A DNA stretch of 62,363 bases, filler included, from Gonapodya sp. JEL0774 (Eukaryota), in assembly GCA_027604505.1 (NCBI GenBank). It is 11 parts of 11 records of this genome, joined end to end, with 100 filler letters (N's around TTAATTAATTAA, not from the genome) between each part and the next. Parts side by side here need not be neighbours in the genome. Positions count along the whole stretch, not along the records: positions 11,414 to 17,013 come from JADIIX010000696.1; positions 17,114 to 22,712 come from JADIIX010000697.1; positions 22,813 to 28,410 come from JADIIX010000698.1; 8 more parts are not named here. One strand, 5' to 3'. This document shows, one piece after another, positions 13,300-24,123 of the stretch. Both the position numbers and the translations under genes were made by a program. The stretch's first letter is position 1. The number at the start of each line of letters is the position of its first letter. The notes beneath the pieces are model-generated. The model did no database searches. It was given only the letters and a program-made list of their open reading frames with translations, and was not told the DNA's origin.

Positions 13300-13726
13300 C
13301 AATGATTGTCAGGGCTGACGTAAGTGGCTGACTTGATGGAGAAAGGGTATGGAAAGGACAATGAAAACGCAGCAATAGCATCGAACAGCAGGCCACCAAG
13401 GACGATGCGGGCGTAGAGAAGTTACAATGAGCCAAACGGTTAAACGGCTCTTTACTCACATAGACCTGGAATGGAACTTCCTTTGGTCCACTTCTTCGAG
13501 TCCCGGTGGGAACTGCTCAGAGGGTGCCGTGTCTCTGGGAGAGCGTATTGGAGCAGAAAAACAGCAGTCTTCACGATAATGCGCACGAAAACGAAGTCAG
13601 TGAGCGGTTCCGCTTCGTATGGGCGTTGGGACCAGTTGGCATTCAGAAACTGGGAAGGCCACAGCTGGGACCTACATTCGTTATGGGAACATGAAAACAG
13701 TTCAATTCTTCCTACAAGTATCATGT

Positions 13727-15127
13727 TTATGACCACCAGCCTATTCGGAAACCTCTTGCGTTTACATTTATCAAAGCTGGCACGCTCACCATTGCGCCTG
13801 CAACCTCACACGCCATACCAGCCGCAACTGTCGCCTTTCTAATGGCGTGTTTGGCAGTGTCAATAGGGATTACCAGTCTGTTGACTCCTCCGGAAGTTTC
13901 AAGAGGGACGACTTCAGGCTGTGCCATCAATTCTGCGACAAGATACCCCACGAAGGTGTCACCCGCCCCCGTCGTGTCCACCAGCTTCGTATCTGGGAGA
14001 GCAGGTTGTGCTAGCACTGTCAATTCATAATTGTCCTCGAGTGCAGAGTGCCACCGTCGGAGTCCTGCCACCACGCCCAGGTGACCCAGTGTCACGACCA
14101 AGAGGGCGCAACCGCGAGCACGAATGAACGCATTCTGAAGCAACTGACGCGTTTGCATGGAGTCAGTTGCTGTCAAACTGTTTACGATGTCGATAGAAGA
14201 GGGCGCGACACCAGTGTCCCACCCGGCGTTCAGGAAACCAGTGAACTCGACTTCGTTGAACACGAGTACTTGTACTCTGTCGATGGGGAAGGTATCCAGT
14301 ATGGACGGTACGAACGGCGCAGGATTAAATACCACGACGAGACCTGGAAAGACAGAGAAAAGGAGGTTGCGATGCCATAAATTTTGATACCTCCGCTCCC
14401 CACACTCACCTTGTTCAATCGCCAAATTCATCACCTCCCCACCACAGCTAATCTCATTCTGCATCACCACCCAGTCTTCCCTGCTCCACTGATTGCTCTC
14501 GACTGCTCCCCTACCGACGTTGCTGCCGCTACTCCAGGTCGAATCCAGGACCTTCTGAGCGAACTCCGGCGTGATGGCGTGATTGGTTCCGGGAAAGAGG
14601 ACGATTGCGTTATCAGAGGTGGTGGTAGAATGTTGAATGATTGCGCGACCGGTCGACTGAAGGATGGGTACCCTTTCACGAACACGATCCCCTTCGTGTT
14701 GAAAGTACGTACATACCACACACCTGAATTGGATCCACCTCCAAAAAACGCACATCTACACCTCCCTTTTCCATAAGATCCCGCACAAAAGTTCCATCTA
14801 CACCGATAATGGCTGCATGGAAAGTGCGAGCTCCTGCCTAGTGAGTGCGCGCCGATCCCGAATGGTTAGTATATTCTGTCACGAACGACGGGGAGCGATG
14901 CCGTACCTTCGCCAAAGACACGCTCTGGTTCGCTCCTTTCCCTCCTGGAGAAACTTGGTAATGCGTACTGAATTGACAACGTCAAGACGGTGTAAACTCA
15001 TGGTCCGCTGGAGCAATACCGTTGGAGTTACGACGAACCTTGCCAAGGTTTCCCCCGAAACAACGATGTGCGGTACGGCGAATACATCGTCGACGTTGAC
15101 AGACCCGATGCAGAGGACTTTGGGCAT
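13727..15127 (-). CDS. Ribokinase / PfkB-family carbohydrate kinase (multi-exon)
   Basis: MPKVLCIGSVNVDDVFAVPHIV..GETL, TGRAIIQ, VVFNPAP, VFNEVE, VTLGHLG and PfkB signature DTTGAGDTFVG. Confidence 0.85.
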
Positions 15128-15460
15128 CGTTGGTTGGGCTGCAGATTTGTTATGGTCTTGGATTGTCAACCTCATTTTCGCTCAGTCTCCAAACTCTCTA
15201 CCAGATGCACATATCACTTATCAACTTTATTTCGCTCCATTGAGCTTGCTGTCGTTACGCATTCTGCTGGCCATTACGTGTTCCACGCAAAGCATATATA
15301 TGCGATCAATAAACGTGAAGCTTATGGGGATGGTGTTGCATAAATGCTTCAGCTAATCCGAAGGTTCTGCATTTTGGGAGTCATCTCGTGGTGTTCGGTT
15401 GCTGCACAACAGGAATCTGAGTCCGCGGGGACTCGACTCACTTGATAATAAGAACTTACC

Positions 15461-16870
15461 ATGATCGCCATTGAATCCCTCCCCAACGAGCTTCTCGCCG
15501 CAATCCTCCTCTTTCTTCCTCCTCGCTTTTACTTCACCCGCGCTTCCCTTGTATGCCGCCGCTGGCGAGACACCTGCCAAGCCGCTCTCGGTAGTCACGC
15601 GCGAGGGAGAATTCCGTTCACAGTGAACATCCGAAAGCGGGCAAATCGATCGTGGTACTATGTCCCACGCCTCGTTGTGAATTCTATTCGGCTGTATGAA
15701 GTGTTCGAGGATGTCGTATCGATCGATGCGGAAGGCATTCATACAGTTCGCGGTATCGTCGCCGGTCAGATCGAGGTTGAAGTCTCGGACTCCTTTTTTA
15801 TGGCTGATATGGACTTGGAGAGGGATCTTGCCGATCGCATATCGTGGGAGGTTGGGACCTCATCCCCCAAGGGAGGAATTGGGGTAGTGGTCGGGGTGCT
15901 CGACATGGCGTGGAGTGTGGGGGAGCAGCAGGGTGTACCAATGGGATTTCTCGATAAAGACTCCAAACCTGCGAGTAATACATCCGCTCTGGCCGTGAAG
16001 GAGAGTATTTTGAGGTTCTGTGCGTCTTCGCGTGCTCCAGAGATCTATTTGGACCTTGGTTCACTCGGAGCGATTACGAAAATGGAAGAGGCAAATTTCC
16101 CTGCAGTCAACACCATTCACTTTCACGCGGGAATATTTCCTGTTCAGGTGGACGAAGCACTTGCAATCTGCAATGCGCTATATTCCTTGTTCCCCGCACT
16201 CCGCCGACTTCACCTCCGCGGGAACTCTTTCATCACTAGATTATCAGCCGCGTTAACCACACTGGATGCTTCTGAGAATAAAGTGTTTCAGAATGTTACC
16301 AAACTGGAATTGGAACTCCAACGGGCGGCGGGGGGTCAGACTGAAGGTGTTGCCTGTGCTCTTCGCCTCACCAAGCACTTTCGCAACCTGCGTGACCTCG
16401 GAACTCTGCAGGTGGATGGATTTACTGTATTTCCCACGGACGTGACCTTCCCAAATATCCGTAACCTCTCTATTGCGATGCCCGGTTTGGTCCACGGCGC
16501 CAACGTTCGAGTCGGCCTCGAAGTTCCGATACGTACCCTTGCCCGATCTCTTAGCCGGATCTTCCGTGGATTGTCTCGTCTAGATGTCCTCATCCACTAC
16601 CCTTCAGCAATCGCCCTGTTCTCCGAGAGCAACCACATCAACTTGTACGGCGTGGTTTTGCACAATGGGTTCTTTGAGGCGTGGCGTGGTTTTGCCAACA
16701 ATGTACCTGCCCGGATAGTGAATGTTGCCCTCAAAGTTGGTGGTGACGGCGTGGAGGACTGGCCAGACAACGTGAGGAGGCTTGTCAAGGAGATCGAAAT
16801 GGGGATAACCGAGAGTGGGAAATCTGGAAGGGTTGATTTGGAGGTGAAGACAAGCTGGTCGGCGAGATAA
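15461..16870 (+). CDS. F-box protein with LRR-like C-terminal region (intronless, 469 aa)
   Basis: IESLPNELLAAILLFLPP...ASLVCRRWRD F-box motif; LRRLHLRGN and FPNIRNLSI segments. Confidence 0.8.
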   Translation: MIAIESLPNELLAAILLFLPPRFYFTRASLVCRRWRDTCQAALGSHARGRIPFTVNIRKRANRSWYYVPRLVVNSIRLYEVFEDVVSIDAEGIHTVRGIVAGQIEVEVSDSFFMADMDLERDLADRISWEVGTSSPKGGIGVVVGVLDMAWSVGEQQGVPMGFLDKDSKPASNTSALAVKESILRFCASSRAPEIYLDLGSLGAITKMEEANFPAVNTIHFHAGIFPVQVDEALAICNALYSLFPALRRLHLRGNSFITRLSAALTTLDASENKVFQNVTKLELELQRAAGGQTEGVACALRLTKHFRNLRDLGTLQVDGFTVFPTDVTFPNIRNLSIAMPGLVHGANVRVGLEVPIRTLARSLSRIFRGLSRLDVLIHYPSAIALFSESNHINLYGVVLHNGFFEAWRGFANNVPARIVNVALKVGGDGVEDWPDNVRRLVKEIEMGITESGKSGRVDLEVKTSWSAR

Positions 16871-17113
16871 ACTTTATGAGGGACCAGCTGTGTTCTGTGA
16901 AAATGACTGCAAGATCAAATTGCATATAATTGTTCAATTTCTGCAAGCCCTACTGGGATCCGATTCTTGCGAATTGTGGGCTATAACTAAGGTTTCTAAC
17001 GCTCGCCCTCGTCNNNNNNNNNNNNNNNNNNNNNNNNNNNNNNNNNNNNNNNNNNNNTTAATTAATTAANNNNNNNNNNNNNNNNNNNNNNNNNNNNNNN
17101 NNNNNNNNNNNNN

Positions 17114-17699
17114 GTATAGCTTACTCACCGGCAACGACGTCCCAACTCTCGCTCCCAGTACGAACAATCAGCAGCACCCCCGGCCATGGTTCCCAGGAGA
17201 TATGGGTTAATCTCAATCACCTTTTTGACGGTACCAGATGCTGTTCAGAGAAAGATTCAACGACGAATTCAATCCACAATTCTATCCAAATGCTGTTGGG
17301 AACTCACCAATGTAGCTTCCAGCAGTCGCTCTGGAGTCCACGCAAACTACCACACCACCCTGATATTTGAATGCAAGTGTCGTGGTACCCTTCGCGAGTT
17401 TAATACGACAGGACTCAGCCTCCTTGGTTTGATGTTGAAGGAACTCAATAGGCTTTCCCGTTTCCAGGGAAGCAAGTAGCACGATGCGGTAGACCCGCCG
17501 ATGAGTGTAGAAAAGTCGATGGTTTTAGACAACGGGTTTTACCTCCATAAAAACGGTTTGGAACTCTCACGTTTGCGACAGCGGGCAGCTCAAAGTTTGG
17601 AACCGCGACGGCACCCTCGAACCCACGGAACACTTCTCCGCTCTCCTCCAGGACTAGGTCCCGCCGTCCTGAGTTCAAGAAAGTGAGATTCAGGGGCAT
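17114..17699 (-). CDS. PRE2: Proteasome subunit beta-5, 3'-truncated
   Basis: Propeptide then [65 protein letters not shown] over three exons. Confidence 0.93.
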
Positions 17700-17791
17700 C
17701 TATGTTTTGAAATGGGATACAGTTCACTCTATGTGCTTGCGCAAACTGTTGCACTTCAAACGTTGGACCAAAACCAACAATTTCCAAGGAC
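17700..17791. promoter_or_regulatory. Putative bidirectional promoter between proteasome beta5 and beta6 (92 nt ATG to ATG)
   Basis: Divergent start codons at 17699 (-) and 17792 (+). Confidence 0.6.
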
Positions 17792-18938
17792 ATGGCACCG
17801 ATAACGTACGGCTCGGACGACTACCTTGTTCACGGGAGAGTCACTGAACACGCTTTCAGCCCGTAAGTACCGCTCTTCGGCTTCATCCCTTCACCGACCC
17901 CTCTCAGTATGTGACCTTACTCTTGCCGCAAACCTGCCCGGAATTTCGAATGAAAACTCCCAATCAGCTATACGGACAACGGAGGAACAACGGTTGCTGT
18001 TGCTGGTGCCGACTTCTGTGTTGTCGCCGCCGATACCCGTCAGAGTGAAGGGTATTCAATCAACTCACGGTACTCCCCGAAAGCATTCAAGCTGTGAGTT
18101 CTCCGTCGGAGCCAGTCTAAAAAGCAAAGAGGGTACATTTCTGGAGAACTGAAATGACACTGCTCTCGTTATTCGGCACCAAATGCTGATGATCCTGCTG
18201 GGATTGCTACGATATCAGCACTGACAACGCGGTTCTCGCCACGAGTGGGTTCTTCGCGGATGGCCTCACTCTGGTAAAGCGCTTGGGCCAGAGAATAGAG
18301 GTTCGTGAATATCTCAGCTTCCTCCCTTTAGTCTCGCAGGCTGACTCACCAAACACTTGTGACATAGTGGTATGCGCACCGGCACGAGAAGGTCATGCCG
18401 ACCGCCTCCATCGCCCAGATGCTTTCTATCACACTCTACGGGAAACGGTTCTTCCCTTACTACGTTTTCAACATACTCGGGGGTGTCGACGAGGAAGGTA
18501 TGGTGATTCCTCAAATTGCCTAGGGCGCCGCTCTCTGAATCAGTGAGATTTATTCGTCAGGCAAGGGCGCCGTTTACAGCTTTGATCCTGTTGGATCGTT
18601 TGAGAGGGAAACTTGTCGTGCAGGAGGGTCAGCTGCTTCGCTCATCCAACCTTTCCTTGACAATCAGGTGTGTAATTAGAGTGGCTCACCCATGTCTCTC
18701 TCCGGTTTCGTCCGCTTGCACAACGTTTGAATGGTTTCACGCGACCAAACAGGTCAACTTCCGCAATATCACGGGCGCTACTCCTCAACTCCTCCCCCTG
18801 GAGGACGTGCTCAAACTCGTCAAGGATGCTTTTACGAGTGCAGCTGAACGGGACATTTACACGGGTGATATGGTTGAAATTTGGATCATTAGAAAGGAGG
18901 GCGTAGAGAAGCTTACGTACCCGCTCAAGAGGGATTAG
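17792..18938 (+). CDS. PRE7: Proteasome subunit beta-6 (PSMB1 ortholog), multi-exon
   Basis: MAPITY...[89 protein letters not shown]...LKRD*. Confidence 0.93.
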
Positions 18939-19296
18939 ATTCAAGCTTCTCTTTGTACAACATGGTCCAACTCTTTGCTGCACAGCGATGCTTGCGCCGA
19001 TGCCCGTGCAACGTACTCCGCGAGATAACAGGTACTCGCGGTTTTGCTCGCATTTCCTAAATATTGATGCGCTGTATTACATAGATGAAGATGTATTGAA
19101 GAGAACAACCATTAAACGCCGTCAGTCTCCAATTCCCTTTAATCGTACGAAAACAGGCCCGGCATTCGGAACTACCAGTTCATATCATAAGAGAATGCTC
19201 GAAGAGTTCGTTGGTGGTCATCCTGACCGATCCGCCCGTTTCTTAACTTTCATCACAGACATTGTGAGCATTTGCTGACATTTCCACATTCTCATA

Positions 19297-20988
19297 TCAT
19301 CCATTCACCCAAAGCTCGATCGGTCGTTGTAGGCTCGCTTGGAATTCCTTGACGCGTTTTTTTCCATGTTTTGTCACTTTGTTCACTGGAATGTGGGATC
19401 GCGCATTGATGCTGCAACAGAGGAATTACGATAGTCAAAGGGGGAACTCACAATCGAGATCTAATGTTTGAAGGGTCGAGTTCCTTGTGAGGACATCAAC
19501 AAGGGAGTATGCACCGTCGTCGCCGGCATTGTTGGCTATTGAGAACATTCGACCGGTGTTGGTTCTATCATTGGCATGCGACGAATGATTAAAATGCACT
19601 TACCCCCCATGAAAAGCTTCTCAAGGGTTCTGTTAGCTACAAGGGCGGTAGCGAGAGCCACGGCTCCGGCTGCCTCGATAGCGTTATCTGGTTGCAGGAT
19701 CGGGTATATAATTAGTGAGATATATCAGGTGGCCAGTGTCACCAAGTTACTTCTGATGAGCTGACAAGAGTAAACCAGCTAATCAAACCCAACTTACCCC
19801 CGATGTACAGTTCACGGATCGATTTGTTGACCGCGAGCATGTTCGCAAGAGCCTTCGCGCCTTTGCTTCCCATCAAATTACCTATGATGTCAGCAACGAA
19901 CGTTTGGGAGCAGGAAGATCGAATCACAAATACAACGCGCATCGAAAAACGTGCTGATCTTCGTCTTCTCATATAACTCACTATCGAGATACAAGATCTC
20001 GAGTGTGGAATATTCAGATAAGGCTTTGGCCATTACGGTAGTTCCTTCAGCAGTGAGCATATTACCTTGACGAGGATGTGTTCGAGGCAGAGAATATTAG
20101 ATTGGGTCAGATGGCAAATCTAGGGTACCCGCCCACCACCGAGTCCCAGTATTGTCAGTCTTGAGTTTAGTGACACTAGAGCTTCAGCAATAGCCACAGC
20201 CCCACGAACACCTGCGTTGTTGGCTAGTCGAGTGTCCACGGAATAGCCGAGTTAACATGATAATAGCACGTATCAGCTGCACATATCAAATGGTGGTTCA
20301 CCATACGCACTTGCCATGTCGAGTCGACGTAGTGTAGGGCAGTTTCCTATGGCAGTAGCAATTATCATGGTTCCTTGCGATCCGAGCGAACAGCCTAGAG
20401 TGAGCGCAATGGCAGACTTGGACCAGCAGCGGCATGAAAATGCTCGAGATACACGTACGGTCGAGGTACAACTCCTTGAGGTTTGATGTCACCTCCATCA
20501 CTGCAGCAATGTCTGCTGCGCCTTGCTCTCCGAGGGGGGAGTCTATTTGTCGAGGGGAGCTCGGTCACCCGAAGATCAAACCACGCTTCGATGTGTCAAC
20601 TCTGTTCACCTCTTGTATCCAAGACCTTCAATGCTCCGTGATTGAATGGATGCCGACGCAGACACTGCAACTCTACGAGAATCGGTCCCGCTCTTGAGTA
20701 AGTTTTACTGCGGCAATTGACTCGAAGGACCCCAATCGCGATTGGATTATATCTGATCGCCGCCAGCTTGTCGAGCTCCTGTTGATTCGTTATTACGACT
20801 TCTGAGTAAAGAAATCGCTCGGCTGCCGCGTTCCATGCTCGATTCAGTCGAGCACAGTTAGCGAGTGCTGATCGTTGTGACGGGAAACGAGGGTTGAATC
20901 CCCGCTCTCCAAGGGTGAAACGAAAGATGCGCTCGAACACTTCGTAAGGGAGACGATCGAGGGTCATTTGAGGTGCCATCGCTGTCAT
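19297..20988 (-). CDS. F-box plus ribonuclease-inhibitor-type LRR protein, one 28-aa repeat per exon
   Basis: LDRLPYEVFERIF...CARLNRAWNAAAERFLY F-box, then seven phase-1 exons of 84 nt (one possibly 87), e.g. NLMGSKGAKALANMLAVNKSIRELYIG. Confidence 0.85.
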
Positions 20989-22386
20989 TGAAAACGGGAG
21001 CAAGGGTCAATGGTTGAGGGGCGGAAAATTCCAAGCGTGGTAGTGGTTTTGTTGGGCTAAGAACATACTTGTAACACTCCGAAAATGTTCTTGTTTTTGG
21101 AAATCGAATCTTTTCACTTCAAAACTATTCCAAATTCGATTTGTTTATTTACGGAGTTTTGGGAATTAGAGACGGTTGGAAAGTGGGACTCGTGCGAATG
21201 CAAAACACCACATGAGTATCCACGCATCTCAATAGCAAGTAGATCATGCATTCACATTGAGTCTCAGCATTAGATTGAGTGAAGCACAAAGAAGGGCGGA
21301 ATCTTTAGATTACCGCAAGTGACCAGCTCGCACGCGAAGTGCGCAGCTCTGCGCAGCACCTGCGCCACCGCTTCAGACTATAAAAGCAACGCGAAATATG
21401 ATGTAAACCTTAGGATAGATAGAAATTGCATTTGACTCAATACACGCCGCGACGGCATCTGAGCTATAAATTTGAGATCGTCCCTGTGTTCGAAGCAAAG
21501 CTCGCCAGGTAGAATGTACCTTCTTCGCTCCCCGATCCCAGACCTGTCACCTGGGCAAGCATTCATCTCCTCCGCGACTCAGCGCGAAAATAACTGATTG
21601 ACCAGCATTTCTCTCAAGCCATTGGGCAGATCTTTGTGTTAGGAGTTCACGTGAGTAGTAGATTGTTGGGGTTGCAGCGTGAGGGTTAGGTATATCCTGC
21701 TCTCGCGTAAGAAACAGCGCCGAATCCATCGCCTCTGGAAGACAGATAGGGTTAAGTTCGAACCGCCTTTGAACTTCGATCCACTAGTAGTGTGACGGCT
21801 ACTTATTTCCGTCGCTGGTACCTCATTGTCTCTCTCAGCCAATTTCATCGCGGAGAACATTTATTAACCCACCACATACATATTGGAGTGTGACAGTACT
21901 GCATGTTGGAGTCCGACAGGAAGGGGCGGCGGGCGGGGACAGAGCTTCCCTTGGTACCTTTAGATGTAATAACGTACGCTTCCGAAAACAATGAAATTTC
22001 TCTCCTTATGAAATGCTAACTCGCCCTAATGATGCTGTGCGTCTGCAAATGCCGGATCGGGCACTCTGCACCCCAAGTCGACACTGCGCTGCGATATCCA
22101 ACAAGCCAATAATAGCCTTTCATCGGTTGAACAAGAATCCGTCCCTTGCGTATCGATGGCTTGCAGGAAGGCATGATGAACCTTTTCGGCTTGAAGTCCG
22201 TCTCAATATCACTACTACACCAAGCTTGGCTAAAGGCAAATAAATGAAGCTCCCATACCACGACAAAACGAAAGAGCCTGGGGTGTCAGTGGCTGCTCAA
22301 AACATTGGGCTGTGTGCACATATGTGGGTGGGAACGGCCATGTACAATCAACGTCCCATCACTCCCGGAACACCTGCATCTCCGTC

Positions 22387-22712
22387 ATGTCGACCCCTAC
22401 CCCCACTTTCTCCACGATGCTTCCCCTCCTAAAGTATATGATGGCATCGCCCGACAACGTAACACCAGAATTGGTTTCGCAGGCTTTCGCACTTCTGTTC
22501 GCTGGATCGGCAACTCCAGCGCAGACAGGGGCGTTTCTGGTCGCGCTGAAGGCGGGAAACAAAGGTAGGATAAAGCTGGAGACCCGATCCAGTGGACTAG
22601 GGCTAGGATTGCAGGTTTGGATTCCAGTACCGGATGGGATTTGTAACCGTGCCTTCTTCACCTCTGGATATCCTCGTTTAGACCACTCTCCAACAATCAT
22701 CGCCGCTGCTGC
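22387..22712 (+). CDS. TRP4: Anthranilate phosphoribosyltransferase, N-terminal fragment
   Basis: AFALLFAGSATPAQTGAFLVALK...DHSPTIIAAAA resembles the fungal Trp4 N-terminal helical domain; cut by the spacer. Confidence 0.7.
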
Positions 22713-22812
22713 NNNNNNNNNNNNNNNNNNNNNNNNNNNNNNNNNNNNNNNNNNNNTTAATTAATTAANNNNNNNNNNNNNNNNNNNNNNNNNNNNNNNN
22801 NNNNNNNNNNNN

Positions 22813-23946
22813 GTGGACACTGCAGGTCCCGCACACCGTTCAAATTCGTCCACAAAGGTTATAGATCCCGGTTCTAATCCGGAGGGTAGCCGTAAAAAGA
22901 GTAGGCTTGGAAGGGGTCCGGCACGGTCAGCTGGAAGCGTCAACAAGCGCCGCAACGGAAATGGCAACGAGCTAGAGGATTCCAATAGTGCGGGCACCGT
23001 GAACGAAGTGGTCACAGAAAATTACTTCAAAGGAATGGAGGTGAGGATTTTCGTAGATTATATCTGATGACCAATTTTTCTAACGCGGTCATATCCAGCA
23101 CTTGCCACCAACTATTCACAACATTCTACTATCACTGTTGCGTCTTCTATACTCCCCACCCACCATCTCGACTTGGAAGGAGCGATCAGAGGCGGTGAAG
23201 GCCATTCTTTACCTGTATCGAACGTTCAGCACTGATTTTCGAGACATTTGGGCTCAAGTCATTGCACCTCAAATGTATGCAATGGAAGATGAAGCATGGC
23301 AGGTTCGAGCTTATCTGAACATTTCACGTGTTTTATATACCGAAATCAATATAATTCTCCACTCAAACAAATCAAAGGTGCGCGCCCAGCTGGCTGCAAC
23401 TCTCGCAACCTACCAGATCTCCCATCCTGACATCATCCTCGCCCTCATCATACGTCTCGCGGATTCACAAGAAGAGGTCAGGACGTGTGCGCTGAGCTCA
23501 CTTGTTGAGCTGGGTGTTGATTCGAGGAGAGCGTTGGCAAGCTGGATGAGTAAGCTGGGCCTGATTCGAGAAGACGCAAAGCCGGTGCACAAAACCGCGT
23601 TGGACGTGGGTTGTCGCCACTGATCTGAACATTGCGCAACGTTTTGCCAACTGCGACATCCTCTAATTGACGCATATAGGTTCTCCTACACGAACATCAC
23701 GATGAGGTATCCAACCGTCGCAAACAATCTCAATCATTCGTGCAAAACTGGCTTGTCCACAAAGCAGAAGCCGTCCAGATTCCAAACCCCCCTGATCTTG
23801 CGTCAGGACCGAATCGTAAGGGCTCACGGCGACGAGCTCCAACTCTTGGCGCAACTGCATCTGTGCCGTTGCGGGACATGAGGCCGCCGTCCGCACGTGA
23901 GACATTGGTGTGGGAACCTCGCACTGAAGTGGTGATCCGATTCTGA
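22813..23946 (+). CDS. HEAT-repeat-containing protein, C-terminal fragment (multi-exon)
   Basis: MEDEAWQVRAQLAATL...IILALIIRLADSQEEVRTCALSSLVELG HEAT-like helices joined by GT-AG introns. Confidence 0.6.
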
Positions 23947-24123
23947 GTCTGCTATATATTGCACTCGCACATGTAATGTACAGTTTCAAAAGTAAAGAGC
24001 ATTATATTGGAGAAAGCCGTAACAAACAGGTGCCGAGACATCACGCGCCTCAAGGCAAACATTATCTAGTCCTTATTTATAGCTATATTGCACCAACACC
24101 CTCCCACACGCCTGGCGAGGCAA

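Noticed and set aside
17700..17791. Rpn4/PACE element in the proteasome intergenic region
   Set aside because: GGTGGCAAA is not present on either strand.
21750..21785. tRNA-like GTTCGAA hairpin
   Set aside because: Only a short imperfect stem-loop; no cloverleaf, acceptor stem or anticodon arm.
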